DNA of 64,000 nucleotides from Callorhinchus milii (Eukaryota): NCBI RefSeq assembly GCF_018977255.1, contig NW_024704746.1, positions 68,200,001 to 68,264,000 of the forward strand, read 5' to 3'. Shown piece by piece: positions 22,162 to 35,300 of this stretch (position 1 is its first letter; each line of letters starts with the position of its first letter). The notes under the pieces were generated by a model. It saw only the letters and a program-made list of their open reading frames with translations, ran no database searches and was not told where the DNA came from. The position numbers and the translations under genes were made by a program.

Positions 22162-25100
22162 TCAGTGTTCAGAGACGTCGAGAGCCACGGCGTCTCCAGG
22201 GGTCTCCGGTGTGAGGCTGCCCACCTCACTGTGCTCGCTGCCGTTGGCCTCGTCTTCGGACCCCGAATCCTGGTTGGAGGTTTTCCTACACCGTGTGGGG
22301 GATGAACCGTGGCCTCCCTGCACACCATGTCCGCTCCCCTCACCCCTCTTTCGGCTTGTGAGGAAGTTGCAGATCAGTCCGGCCCTCCGCGTGAATTCGT
22401 TATCGTTAAGCTTCAAATACTCCACACCTCCTGTGTTAGGGAGACATCCATTACAGCATTACTAGAGGGATTTACCAGAAACTGCAAAACTCATACGGCA
22501 TATAATCACAGAAATTTTTCAAGCAAATAGTTGGTGCTCGCTCCCCCACTGGAGCGCTCTACTCCAACCCCATTCCCTGCTCTCTCTCTCTCTCCCCATC
22601 GTGTCTGTGCTGGGGCTCGCTCCCCCACTGGAGCTCTCTACTCTAATCCCATTCCCTGCTCTCTCTCTCTCTCCCCCCATGGTGTCTGTGCTGGGGCTCG
22701 CTCCCCCACTGGAGCGTTCTACTCCAACCCCATTCCCTGCTCTCTCTCTCTCTCCCCATCGTGTCTGTGCTGGGGCTCACTCCCCCACTGGAGCTCTCTA
22801 CTCTAACCCCATTCTCTGCTCTTTGGGAAGATTGGTAAGGATTTTTAGTAGGTTACAAAGGTAGGGAGGAGCAAAACCGTGGAGGTCTTTGAAAGCGAGG
22901 ATTTTAAACTCTATTCTCTGGTGGATGGGGAGCCAGTGAAGCTGGACGAGGATGGGGGGTGATCGGCCTCCCCCCCACACACATATTTTGCTCATCTCCA
23001 CAGCACCTGACAAGCCCACCATAGCCAGACCACAGGCTTGGTCCAACAGACCACCCTTGGTGGTGAAAGGGAGTTTTATTACCTCCCGGACAGTGAGCCA
23101 CCAATCGACTAACCACCGGGATCCTACTCACTGCAGGTAAACAGAGGCGTGTGGAGTAGGAAACCTGCCGAACATTTCACCCTGCACGGGAATCTAACCC
23201 GAAACCTCTCGTTTGCAAGACAAGTGCTCTATCCGCTGAGCTACAGGACTGGGTGAGGTGCCAGTAGGCCTACAGGGCTTGTGGCGCTCAACTCCTGTGA
23301 CAGTCCGTTCCTTTCGTAAAGGACAGAGCCAGAGGAGAGCCTGAAGCAAAATAACCTGCGCTCTCGTCTCCCTCCTTGTCACTGAGGAACGTTCGCTTCA
23401 TCAGCAGCTTCTTCGCCGTGTGGCATTTGTACTTCAGCAGCGGTTTATCCTCCGCCTCGGGATCTGCAACACAACAACGGAGCAAGTGAGGCTTTTCTGC
23501 GACATGTGCATCCGTGAAACTCCTCTGGAGGACGGTGGAGAGGTGCAGCACCACCGTACATACACCTGACAGAGGGCGTCACAGTAATGTACCGACACTG
23601 CCACATTTGCCCCAATAATGCTCAGTGAGTCCACTGTACAGTGTATCCTGTGAAGCGCTTTGAGACGTCTTGACATAAGGCGCCACATCCAATGTAACTA
23701 CGAGGATTCTTTCCTCTCCTCGGGCTGTCAACACGGCGCTGGAAGTGAACGTGTTCCGCGCTCCCATTCTCGTCGGGCAAACTTACCGTGCTCCGAATCC
23801 TCTTCAAATATAATGCAGGTTCCCAGCACGTCTGGCAACGAAATGACAAGGTTAGTGGTGGCCCCAGCCCCTAACCACCCCCCCACCCCCACCCCACCCC
23901 CACCACACACAACGCAAACGGTGTACACACTATCACACCACTACACACGGTCACACTGCTGTACACACACACACACACACACACACACACCATGGTCAAA
24001 TCCTTTCTGTGGTCGCAGCCGCTGTCATAAAACTTTGCCCATAAAATAAAACACAAACCTTCGTACTCTCCAGCAAAGACACACCTGTCCACCTGTATGA
24101 CGGGCTGGTCAGTGTCAATGCCCTGCGCGGAGAGAAAAAGTGTGAATCATTGACGGGATATTACAGATGCCTGTGACTGTGTGGTTACTGTCTCTGGCTG
24201 TTACAGACAGTCTGTGTCTGTGGGGTTACTGTCTGTGGCTGTTACAGACAGTCTGTGTGGTTACTGTCTCAGGCTGTTACAAACAGTCTGTGTGGTTACT
24301 GTCTGTGGCTGTTACAGACAGTCTGTGTGGTTACTGTCTGTGGCTGTTACAGACAGTCTGTGTGGTTACTGTCTGTGGCTGTTACAGACAGTCTGTGTGG
24401 TTACTGTCTGTGGCTGTTACAGACAGTCTGTGTGGTTACTGTCTCAGGCTGTTACAGACAGTCTGTGTGGTTACTGTCTGTGGCTGTTACAGACAGTCTG
24501 TGTGGTTACTGTCTGTGGCTGTTACAGACAGTCTGTGTGGTTACTGTCTCTGGCTGTTACAGACAGTCTGTGTGGTTACTGTCTGTGGCTGGCTTTACAG
24601 ACAGTCTGTGTGTTACTGTCTGGCTGTTACAGACAGTGTGTCTGTGTGGTTACTGTCTGTGGCTGTTACAGACAGTCTGTGTGGTTACTGTCTGTGGCTG
24701 TTACAGACAGTCTGTGTGGTTACTGTCTGTGGCTGTTACAGACAGTCTGTGTGGTTACTGTCTGTGGCTGTGACAGACAGTCTGTGTGTTACTGTCTGTG
24801 GCTGTGACAGACAGTCTGTGTGGTTACTGTCTGTGGCTGTTACAGACAGTCTGTGTGGTTACTGTCTGTGGCTGTTACAGACAGTCTGTGTGGTTACTGT
24901 CTGTGGCTGTTACAGACAGTCTGTGTGGTTACTGTCTGTGGCTGTTACAGACAGTCTGTGTGGTTACTGTCTGTGGCTGTTACAGACAGTCTGTGTGGTT
25001 ACTGTCTGTGGCTGTTACAGACAGTCTGTGTGGTTACTGTCTGTGGCTGTTACAGACAGTCTGTGTGGTTACTGTCTGTGGCTGTTACAGACAGTCTGTG

Positions 25101-27781
25101 TGGTTACTGTCTGTGGCTGTTACAGACAGTCTGTGTGGTTACTGTCTGTGGCTGTTACAGACAGTCTGTGTGGTTACTGTCTGTGGCTGTTACAGACAGT
25201 CTGTGTGGTTACTGTCTGTGGCTGTTACAGACAGTCTGTGTGGTTACTGTCTGTGGCTGTTACAGACAGTCTGTGTGGTTACTGTCTGTGGCTGTTACAG
25301 ACAGTCTGTGTGGTTACTGTCTGTGGCTGTTACAGACAGTCTGTGTGGTTACTGTCTGTGGCTGTTACAGACAGTCTGTGTGGTTACTGTCTGTGGCTGT
25401 TACAGACAGTCTGTGTGGTTACTGTCTGTGGCTGTTACAGACAGTCTGTGTGGTTACTGTCTGTGGCTGTTACAGACAGTCTGTGTGGTTACTGTCTGTG
25501 GCTGTTACAGACAGTCTGTGTGGTTACTGTCTGTGGCTGTTACAGACAGTCTGTGTGGTTACTGTCTGTGGCTGTTACAGACAGTCTGTGTGGTTACTGT
25601 CTGTGGCTGTTACAGACAGTCTGTGTGGTTACTGTCTGTGGCTGTTACAGACAGTCTGTGTGGTTACTGTCTGTGGCTGTTACAGACAGTCTGTGTGGTT
25701 ACTGTCTGTGGCTGTTACAGACAGTCTGTGTGGTTACTGTCTGTGGCTGTTACAGACAGTCTGTGTGGTTACTGTCTGTGGCTGTTACAGACAGTCTGTG
25801 TGGTTACTGTCTGTGGCTGTTACAGACAGTCTGTGTGGTTACTGTCTGTGGCTGTTACAGACAGTCTGTGTGGTTACTGTCTGTGGCTGTTACAGACAGT
25901 CTGTGTGGTTACTGTCTGTGGCTGTTACAGACAGTCTGTGTGGTTACTGTCTGTGGCTGTTACAGACAGTCTGTGTGGTTACTGTCTGTGGCTGTTACAG
26001 ACAGTCTGTGTGGTTACTGTCTGTGGCTGTTACAGACAGTCTGTGTGGTTACTGTCTGTGGCTGTTACAGACAGTCTGTGTGGTTACTGTCTGTGGCTGT
26101 TACAGACAGTCTGTGTGGTTACTGTCTGTGGCTGTTACAGACAGTCTGTGTGGTTACTGTCTGTGGCTGTTACAGACAGTCTGTGTGGTTACTGTCTGTG
26201 GCTGTTACAGACAGTCTGTGTGGTTACTGTCTCAGGCTGTTACAGACAGTCTGTGTGGTTACTGTCTGTGGCTGTTACAGACAGTCTGTGTGGTTACTGT
26301 CTGTGGCTGTTACAGACAGTCTGTGTGGTTACTGTCTGTGGCTGTTACAGACAGTGTGTGTGGTTACTGTCTGTGGCTGTTACAGACAGTCTGTGTGGTT
26401 ACTGTCTGTGGCTGTTACAGACAGTCTGTGTGGTTACTGTCTGTGGCTGTTACAGACAGTCTGTGTGGTTACTGTCTGTGGCTGTTACAGACAGTCTGTG
26501 TGGTTACTGTCTGTGGCTGTTACAGACAGTCTGTGTGGTTACTGTCTGTGGCTGTTACAGACAGTCTGTGTGGTTACTGTCTGTGGCTGTTACAGACAGT
26601 CTGTGTGGTTACTGTCTGTGGCTGTTACAGACAGTCTGTGTGGTTACTGTCTCAGGCTGTTACAGACAGTCTGTGTGGTTACTGTCTGTGGCTGTTACAG
26701 ACAGTCTGTGTGGTTACTGTCTGTGGCTGTTACAGACAGTCTGTGTGGTTACTGTCTGTGGCTGTTACAGACAGTCTGTGTGGTTACTGTCTGTGGCTGT
26801 TACAGACAGTCTGTGTGGTTACTGTCTGTGGCTGTTACAGATAGTCTGTGTGGTTACTGTCTGTGGCTGTTACAGACAGTCTGTGTGGTTACTGTCTGTG
26901 GCTGTTACAGACAGTCTGTGTGGTTACTGTCTGTGGCTGTTACAGACAGTCTGTGTGGTTACTGTCTGTGGCTGTTACAGACAGTGTGTGTGGTTACTGT
27001 CTGTGGCTGTTACAGACAGTCTGTGTGGTTACTGTCTGTGGCTGTTACAGACAGTCTGTGTGGTTACTGTCTGTGGCTGTTACAGACAGTCTGTGTGGTT
27101 ACTGTCTGTGGCTGTTACAGACAGTCTGTGTGGTTACTGTCTGTGGCTGTTACAGACAGTCTGTGTGGTTACTGTCTGTGGCTGTTACAGACAGTCTGTG
27201 TGGTTACTGTCTGTGGCTGTTACAGACAGTCTGCTGTGCGGGGCCCAAACTCACCACAATTTTGCACTTGTTCTGACATTTCAACAGGAAATCGGGGTCA
27301 ATGATCCCCGAGAGTTCCACCACCAGCAGCTGATCCTACAGCGACACAGCGACACAGCGACACAGAGACGTGAGGGAGAGAAACGGTGAGAAGAGACAAT
27401 CCTGGAAGGTATTCAGTGGTTTCGGCGACGGCCGCGTCACGATATCACTGTTAATTATTAATCCTTGTGTTCGACACAGCGCCCGATCACGTCGTCAAGA
27501 CGTCACAAAGCGCTTCACAGGGGGTACACTGTAAGGTGTAGTGACTGTGTGCTGGTGAGCGGAACGTGGCAGCCAAGTNNNNNNNNNNNNNNNNNNNNNN
27601 NNNNNNNNNNNNNNNNNNNNNNNNNNNNNNNNNNNNNNNNNNNNNNNNNNNNNNNNNNNNNNNNNNNNNNNNNNNNNNNNNNNNNNNNNNNNNNNNNNNN
27701 NNNNNNNNNNNNNNNNNNNNNNNNNNNNNNNNNNNNNCAATCACCACTGAGCTCCGCGGGGGGGGGGGGGGGGGCGGCCAT
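22162..27781 (-). CDS. GTF3C6: General transcription factor IIIC subunit 6 (TFIIIC35)
   Basis: Exons 27781-(gap), 27335-27255 (DQLLVVELSGIIDPDFLLKCQNKCKIV), 24122-24059 (GIDTDQPVIQVDRCVFAGEYE), 23831-23787 (DVLGTCIIFEE), 23463-23356 (LKYKCHTAKKLLMKRT), 22430-22162 (GVEYLKLNDNEF..ICNFL); closely matches human GTF3C6 as recalled; exon 1 end lies in an N gap. Confidence 0.93.
22531..22822 (+). repeat. ~4 tandem copies of a ~70-75-bp element that is also dispersed
   Basis: gtgctggggctcgctcccccactggagctctctactctaaccccattccctgctct unit. Confidence 0.9.
24176..27232. repeat. 35-bp minisatellite (~87 copies) in GTF3C6 intron 2
   Basis: Unit ctgtgtggttactgtctgtggctgttacagacagt, near-perfect copies. 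Confidence 0.98.
27579..27737. other. Assembly gap (others at 37641-37772 and 40250-40426)
   Basis: Runs of N. Confidence 1.
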
Positions 27782-28094
27782 ATTAATTGTTATTGGTTGG
27801 ATTGTTGGTTGTTGTTATTGGGTTGTAGCTCTTCTGTTGGGCTGTGCTTTATGGGGTGGGGTGGGGCGGGCGGGGGAGGGGGGACTGTGGGGGGGGGTGG
27901 GGCGAGGGGCTTGGAGGGGGAGGGGGAGGGGGACCTGTGGGGTGGAGGGGCTGAGGGGGGACGGGGGGGGCTTTGTGGGGGGAGGGGGCTGTGGGGGGGA
28001 GGGGCTTGAGGGGGGGAGGGGCTGTGGGGGGGGGAGGGGGGGGAAGGGGCTGTGGCGGTGGGGAGGGGGAGGGAGGGGGACGAAAAGAGCTTCC

Positions 28095-29180
28095 AATTCA
28101 ACCCCACTCCCCCGCGCTCTCCCATCGCCCCGATCAACCCCACTCCCCCGCGCTCTCCCCATCAGCCCCGATCAACCCCACTCCCCCCGCGCTCCCCATC
28201 GCCCCGATCAACCCCACTCCCCCCATAGCCCCGATCAACCCCACTCCCCCGCGCTCTCCCCATCGCCCCGATCAACCCCACTCCCCCGCGCTCTCCCCAT
28301 AGCCCCGATCAACCCCACTCCCCCGCGCTCTCCCCATCACCCCACCCCCCCGCTCTCTCCCCAGCCCCGATCAACCCCACTCCCCCCGCGCTCTCCCCAT
28401 AGCCCCGATCAACCCCACTCCCCCCGCGCTCTCCCCATCGCCCCGATCAACCCCACTCCCCCGCGCTCTCCCCATCAGCCCCGATCAACCCCACTCCCCC
28501 GCGCTCTCCCCACGCCCCGATCAACCCCACTCCCCCCGCGCTCTCCCCATCGCCCCGATCAACCCCACTCCCCCCGCGCTCTCCCCATAGCCCGATCAAA
28601 ACCCCACTCCCCCCGCGCTCCCCATCGCCCCGATCAACCCCACTCCCCCCGCGCTCTCCCCATCGCCCCGATCAACCCCACTCCCCCCGCGCTCTCCCCA
28701 TCGCCCCGATCAACCCCACTCCCCCCGCGCTCTCCCCATCGCCCCGATCAACCCCACTCCTCCGCGCTCTCCCCATCGCCCGATCAACCCCACTCCCCCC
28801 GCGCTCTCCCCATCGCCCCGATCAACCCCACTCCCCCCGCGCTCTCCCATCGCCCCGATCAACCCCACTCCCCCTGCCGCTCTCCCCATCCCCCGATCAA
28901 CCCCACCCCCCGCTCTCTCCCCATACGCCCTGATCAACCCCACCCCCCCCTCTCTCCCCATACCCCTGATCAACCCCACTCCCCGCTCTCTCCCCATAGC
29001 CCGATCAACCCCACTCCCCCGCCTCTCCCATAGCCCCGATCAACCCCACTCCCCCGCGCTCTCCCCATCGCCCCGATCAACCCCACTCCCCTGCGCTCTC
29101 CCCATCGCCCCGATCAACCCCACTCCCCCGCTCTCTCCCCATAGCCCTGATCAACCCCACCCCCCCGCTCTCTCTCCCCA
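28095..29180. repeat. ~35-38-bp C-rich/G-rich minisatellite
   Basis: Unit cgccccgatcaaccccactccccccgcgctctccccat with variable C-run lengths. Confidence 0.95.
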
Positions 29181-29545
29181 TAGCTCTGCAAACTTGTCCC
29201 CAAATAATTATCTTCTCTCTTAAAAGCCGTTACGGAATCGGTTCCCACCGGCCTTTCAGGCAACGCATTCCAGATCCCAACAACTCGCTGCGTGAACACA
29301 TTTCTCCTCCTCTCCCCTCTGTTTCTTTTACCAACTGTTTTAAATGGGGTGTCCTCGGGTCACCGACCCACCCGCCAGTGGGAATAGTGTCTCCTTGTTC
29401 ACCCGATCGAATCCCCTCATCATTTTGAAAACTCCTATTAAGTCTCCTCTTAACCTTCTCTGCTCCGAGGACAGTAATCCCGGCTTCTCTGCCTCTCCTG
29501 GTCACTGAAGCCCCTCATTCCTGGTACCATCCTGGGAAATCTCCT
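29160..29545 (-). mobile_element. CR1-type LINE 3' end
   Basis: FTQRVVGIWNALPE...VTAFKRE motif. Confidence 0.85.
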
Positions 29546-29989
29546 TTGCTGTGTTGTAATGTTTTACCCAATCGTTTTGTCAATTCGTTTAATAGATATT
29601 TAGTAGAAAGGCATTCAGTCAGAGACAATCCCTCACTCCGCTTCCAACCGATTCCAACCCCAAAACATCTCGTCTCAACCGCACAAGAAGAGAGTTCCCA
29701 ATCCTGTCCTTTCAAATATATATTGACAATAGCTCTCAGTGTAACTTATCAAACGTACATTGGCGTAATTTTAAAAACTTGCCGCACAAACTCTTGCAGT
29801 AGACAAACGTGTTTCCTTTCAGCTCTTGTCCTCTCCTTTCCCACAGCAGTGCCGCATCGCTGAGAGCTCTTTTCCACGACTCCCGTCTGCCTTCACGGAC
29901 ATCTGTCATTGGGAAGTAATTCAGAAGATAGTGCACTGTTGAGGTGGACGTCAAAGATCCCACAGCGCTGTTGGGAAAAGAGAACGAAG

Positions 29990-30023
<34 letters not shown>

Positions 30024-30139
30024 GGTGACAATCCCTCCCAAATAAAGTCAGTCACTCACTCTGTCAACCGTTTAGGTGAAACACAGTGTGTTGGCGTCTC
30101 TCTCTCTCTCTCTCTCTCTCTCTCGCCCCGGGTGGGGCC

Positions 30140-32891
30140 TCACAACTCGATGGTGTCGCTGTTGACGCTGAGTTGGTCGATTTGCCGGCAGATCTGCACG
30201 AACTCCGCGGTGTCGCCGGCGGTGCCGGGGCGAGGGGCGCCATTTGCCGAGCCCCCGCGCCCCTGGCCGCCGAGCTCGGGGCTTGGCGGGCAGGCGGACA
30301 GCACCAGGCACGAGCCGGAGGGGCTGAAACAGTCCAAGGCTCCGTGTCGATCGGCGGCCACGGACACGTCCCCTCCCAGCTCGGGCCCTCCCGCGCTGTG
30401 TAACCGCGGGCGACGGAACAGGCTCCCGGGGAGCAGCGCCTCGTCGATGCTGCGTCGCAGGTCGATGGGCGATGGAGGGCGTAGGTCAACACTGGAGTCA
30501 CCGGTCACCCTGACGACCGAGAAGGAGGAGGAGGAAGGGGCCGGGGACGAGCCCTCGTGTTGGGTGGTCTCGGCCTGGGTGGTCTCGCTGCTGTGGTAAA
30601 TCAGGTTGAGTCTCTCCCCGTTCCCGAGCGGAGGGTCCGCTAGGCTGTAGAGCTGAAGGCCGAGGGGCTTCTCCTGGTTGCCGCTCGCCCAGTTATACTG
30701 GGCCGACAAGATGGGAGCCTTCATTGAGGCGTGAGCAGGAGAGAGGCCGAAGACTTTGGCCCAGCAGCTGTGGCCTGGAGGCCTCCCAACAAGCCCCAGC
30801 AATGGGTACAGGCCAACCAGGGCCAGGCTCAGGCACAGGCCCCCCTCGCACAGGCTCCCGCACAGCTGCAAGGCCCACCAAGGCCAGGCTGGGAAGGCCT
30901 GAGGCCCAGCCAGGCCCAGCCACCGCAGGACACAATACAGCCTGACGCCCGCACAGCACAAGCCGAAGCCTGATGCCCAGGCCCCGGCCTGCACCGCCAG
31001 GCCCCACTCCCTCCGCTCGGGACTGAATAGGCCCGAATCGAGTGGGGAGGCTTCAGCCCGCTGGTAGGCCCGGCGGGAACGACAGTAAAAGGTCAAGTAG
31101 AGGATGGAGAGCGCGGACACCCAGAGTACAAACAAGACCTGGGAGGCGAGGAGCAGGAACGGGGAGAGGTCAAGCAGCACACAGCCCAGGACAGCGCTGA
31201 GCGAGAGAGCACAGTGGAACCCAGCGAGCGAGGCCAGGAGGCAGGCGCGGGGGCACCAGTAGCCCAAGACCTGGGGCCCGGGTCCCAACCACAGCAGCAG
31301 GAACACCACCCCCAGGGCGGAGGCGAGGAAGGGGGAGACCAGCTCATACAGGAGCAAAGCAACGAGCGCCGGCAGATTTTCCCGGTGGCCATAAGTGTCG
31401 TAGAGGAAGGTGAAGGCCCGGGAGAAGCCGCTGAGCAACAGCAGCACCTCCGCCAGCAGCAGGAAGCCCAGCCTTGGGGGGGGAGGCGATCGGAAGGGGA
31501 GGCAGAGGAGGCCAAGCGAGGAGGCCAGAGACACGAGGCCGAACACAGCCCCCAACCCGTACACGTGCAGTTCCCAGGCCACCCCCCACTCCGCCAGTGC
31601 CGTGCTCCACTCCACACCCAGCGACACGAACAATGGCGGGAGGGGGAGGTGGAGGAGGCCGGTCTGGGTCCCCTCAGGGTACGGGGTCACGGAGGCTGCC
31701 CCATCACTGCTGTTCCCCCTCAGACTGCAGGTGGGCAAAGTGGGCACCGCTCCCGGCTCCTCTCCTGTCAGCCGCTTCTCACCACGGGCATCACCTGGGC
31801 CGAGGGAAAGACACACAAACACAGTGGGAGACTCACACACTCACAGTAAAGCTCTCTCTACACTGTCCGTCAGTCCACACTCCCAGGTAAGTGACAGCTG
31901 GTGACCATTTCCCTGTATTTCCAGCCCCTTGGGACGTCCTCCCGACGTGAAAGCCGCTCATAAATGTAATTTTTTTGTGGCTGGCGTCGTGACTTGGCCA
32001 AGGCTTTGGGGACCTGCGGTGCTGTCTACCTGTCACCTCACTGCCAGTGGAGGGCACTGTCACACCACTCTTTCCATTCCATTCCAGCCCCTGTGCCGAC
32101 GTTCCCAGTGAAATACTTTTTGCCCGAGCTGGGAATCTGACACACCACCGTCACTTAAGAGTCTCCAAACCCAACTGAGAATTCCCTGCACCCCCACCCA
32201 CACATGGAAAACCAGAGAGAGATTGCGGGAATGGAATGCGCTCTCTCTCTCTCTCTCTCTCTCCCTGGAGGAACGCTTCCTCCTTACCTAATTCCGGAGA
32301 GTATTAGGCGTAGGTTTGGCCGTATGATAATAGAAATCCTTGCGTTTGATACAGCACCTTATCAGTGTGGCTAAAGAGTAAAATGCGGTCACCCTGACCA
32401 TTTCCCCCCTCCTCGCTCCTTCTCTCCCCTCACCCTGACCATTCCCCCACCCCCCCCCCACCCCCAAGGATCGGCTCGGGTCCTGACCCAACTGTCCGGC
32501 GCCCCGGGACGTCCTCCCGACGTGAAAGGCGCTCTATAGATGGAATCTTGTTGTTGTTGTTGTAGGTGGCACGTGGGGGATTCTCAGCTTGGTTTGGAGG
32601 CGCAGTGATTGGCTTCCACGTGTGTCAGACACCACGCTGGGCAAACGCAGCGAGTGGAACATGTGCTGGTTGCTGATCTCCGTCTTCTCCCTCCCCAGGG
32701 AATCACTGACAGGATCATGATCTGCCCAGAATACTGATGTCAGCCGCAGTGTAAGGGACGAGCTCACGTTAGCATTCCCCTCACATTCCTGCTCATTATT
32801 CTCCTCCTCTGAGCTGTCACCTTCATCTGCCCTTCAGTCAGCGAGAGGGGGAGAGCGCTGGAGACTCCTGCAGCACTCTCAGCTCCCCCCT

Positions 32892-32923
<32 letters not shown>

Positions 32924-34428
32924 CCTTGCAATTGATACAGGGTCTTATCACGTCTTCGAAACAAAGCGCTCTACAGAACAAACTGTAAAGTGTAGTGACT
33001 GTGCATTTTGTGGGCGAAACCCGGAAGCCAATTGTGCTAATTGCGCACAGCACTGTCCCACAGACATCGCGGATTGAGTGACTAAATTATTACATATTTA
33101 TTTTTGAAGGGATTATTAACTCCCCCGGAAAAGCAATCCACCAGTCGACTAACAACTTACTGCTGGATGAGCAGAGGTGTGTGGAGTAAGGTCACTCGCC
33201 TAAAGTTTTGCCCTGTGCGGGAATTGAACCCAGGTCCTCTCGCGTGCGAGTCGAGTGCTCTAAGCGCTGAGCTGCAGAACTATAATAAAAGAGGGCGCTC
33301 ACCTGCTGTGGTGCTTTGTGCTGTCTGATGGGTTTGGTTGCTCGCTTGTGGTGGCTTTGTGGGAGTTGGGTGGCTCTCAGTTGGATGGGTTGGAGTGGGC
33401 GACGATTTGTAGTTTGGTATTACTTCCGAAGATGCCCTTGTTCCCTCGCTGGGTGAGGGTCCCGTCCCCACTGTGTTGCCCCCGGTGATGGTATCACCAG
33501 GTGGCACGGCTGTCGCAGAGCGGCTGACATCACCAGGCTCAGCCGTCGTGTGGTCAGTGGCCGCCGGACGAACAGTGGCCGGTTCCGTGGCTGCCCCCGA
33601 GCGGGGGGCCGGGCTCGAGAATCCTGGCGGAGGTTGGGAAACGAACGAAGGCACCATGTGGCTACTGACTGACATGTCGGGGGTGGTCTGTGGAGGGGTC
33701 TCTCTCTGGCTCGGGGTCTCGGGAGTGTGAGAGGGTGTCTGCACAGTGACCCAGCGCTCAGGGGAGCCGGGAAAGGTATAAATCGGGGAAACAGAGTGTT
33801 CAGAGGGCATGTCCTGAGGGGAGAGTCGGGGACCATTTTGTGTTGCTGGGTCTAAAGGATTGGGAGACGGTTCCCCTGTGGAGGAAGCCCACCAATGACT
33901 GGGGTCAGTCAGGCCGGAGGCTTCAATCTCGGAGTGTTCCTCGCTTCCCGACGTTCCTATGTCCAGCTGCTCCAGTTGTGGGTTCAAGCCGAACACTCGC
34001 TGGTTGAACAGGACACCGCTCTTGGCCTTGTCATCAGGCCCCACCCTGAGGCGAGGCTGCATTGACCAGGTCCCCAGGCCACTGGACCCTGTGGCCACGC
34101 CCCAACTCGTCACCAACTCGCCGGCCCCTGTCTCTTCAGGCAGTGCTGGAGAAGCCAGAGAGGCCAACAAAGGCTCCTCTGTTGCCTCGGGCAACCCTGA
34201 AGGTGTCAACGATAGCCCGATGGTCAAGTCCTTATGACTGCGGATGGTGAAAGAGTCAGAGGCCTGGGAGTGAGGGGCCTGGGAGTGAGGGGCCTGGGAG
34301 TGAGGGGCCTGGGAGGAGAGCTGGTGGGTTTGATGGACCTCACGACGCTTCACTGCAAGAGCCGCCATTTTCGTTTCCAGTATCAGGGATGAAATAATAT
34401 TCATGATGAGGACCCTTTGGCACAGCAT
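30140..34428 (-). CDS. PRRT4: Proline-rich transmembrane protein 4 (~926 aa)
   Basis: Exons 34428-33303 (signal-like start, Ser/Thr/Pro-rich) and 31794-30140 (WGVAWELHVYGLG, several TM helices, DLRPPSPIDLRRSIDEAL, C-terminal SVNSDTIEL); phase-1 intron. PRRT4 rather than PRRT3 from motifs and FSCN3/PAX4 linkage. Likely 5'UTR exon ends at donor 37924. Confidence 0.85.
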
Positions 34429-34669
34429 GCTGATGGGTTTGCAGGATGTTGTCTCTCTGAATGTTGTTGTCTCTGGCTGTCCACGGCCCTGGATTAAAAC
34501 AATATTCAGTTATTCAGGGGCGAAAGGGCTTTGTGATAAAGCATTATATCAAACATAAGGATTATTGTTATCACTAATACTCTTCTACTTGGGGAAAAAA
34601 AAATCTTTCACCTCCTAATCTCTCCCAATGACAATCCTGAGTTCATGTCCGGTTGTTAGTGGACGCATT

Positions 34670-35300
34670 CGTCACCTCAAGGCTCGACTACGGAAACTCT
34701 CTCATTGTCGGCCTCCCCCAACTTTTCCCTCCACGAGCTGCAGAGCATCCAGAACTCCGCAGCTCGTGTCCTCTCCCGCACCAGGCTCCGTGACTCCCAT
34801 CACCCCCACCCTCGCCCGACTCCACTGGCTCCCCATCCCTCAGAGGATAGAATTCAAAACCCTCGTCCTCACTTCCAAGGCCCTCCACGGCCTCGCCCCC
34901 TCCTACATTTCTGACTTGCTGACTCCCTATCAACCTGTCCGCTCCCTCCGCTCAGGAGGCTCCGGCCTGCTCCACGACATTACATTGCTCTTTTCAAAGA
35001 GCCAGCACAGACTCGATGGGCCGAATGGCCTCTTTTTGTGCTGTACGATTCTATGATCCTATGCCTCCCGCCCGACCTGCCCTACCATCAGTGGTCGGGG
35101 TTTCAGGCTCTCTGTCCCCACCTTTGGAACCCCATCCCACGATCTCTTCCCCTCGCTCCCCCCTCCTGCCTCCTTCAGCCGCCCTCCTACCCCCTCTGCC
35201 CTCCCTCATCCCAACCCTGCTCGGACCCTGATCCCTGACTGTTCAGCGCCTTGGGGTGTCCTCCCGACGTGAAAGTATTCACAAATGTCATTTTGTTTTT
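34670..35300 (+). mobile_element. L2-type LINE 3' fragment
   Basis: [44 protein letters not shown]. Confidence 0.85.

Noticed and set aside
24167-27389. Long ORFs (up to 1045 aa) and a CRISPR-like look
   Set aside because: Stop-free 35-bp tandem repeat that is open in all three frames, has no unique spacers and lies in a GTF3C6 intron.
27465-29033. 522-aa Gly/Pro-rich ORF
   Set aside because: Spans an N gap, a low-complexity tract and a minisatellite.
32534-32880. Possible extra PRRT4 exon (ADEGDSSEEENNEQ...)
   Set aside because: Acceptor phase does not fit, and the flanking exons already join in frame.
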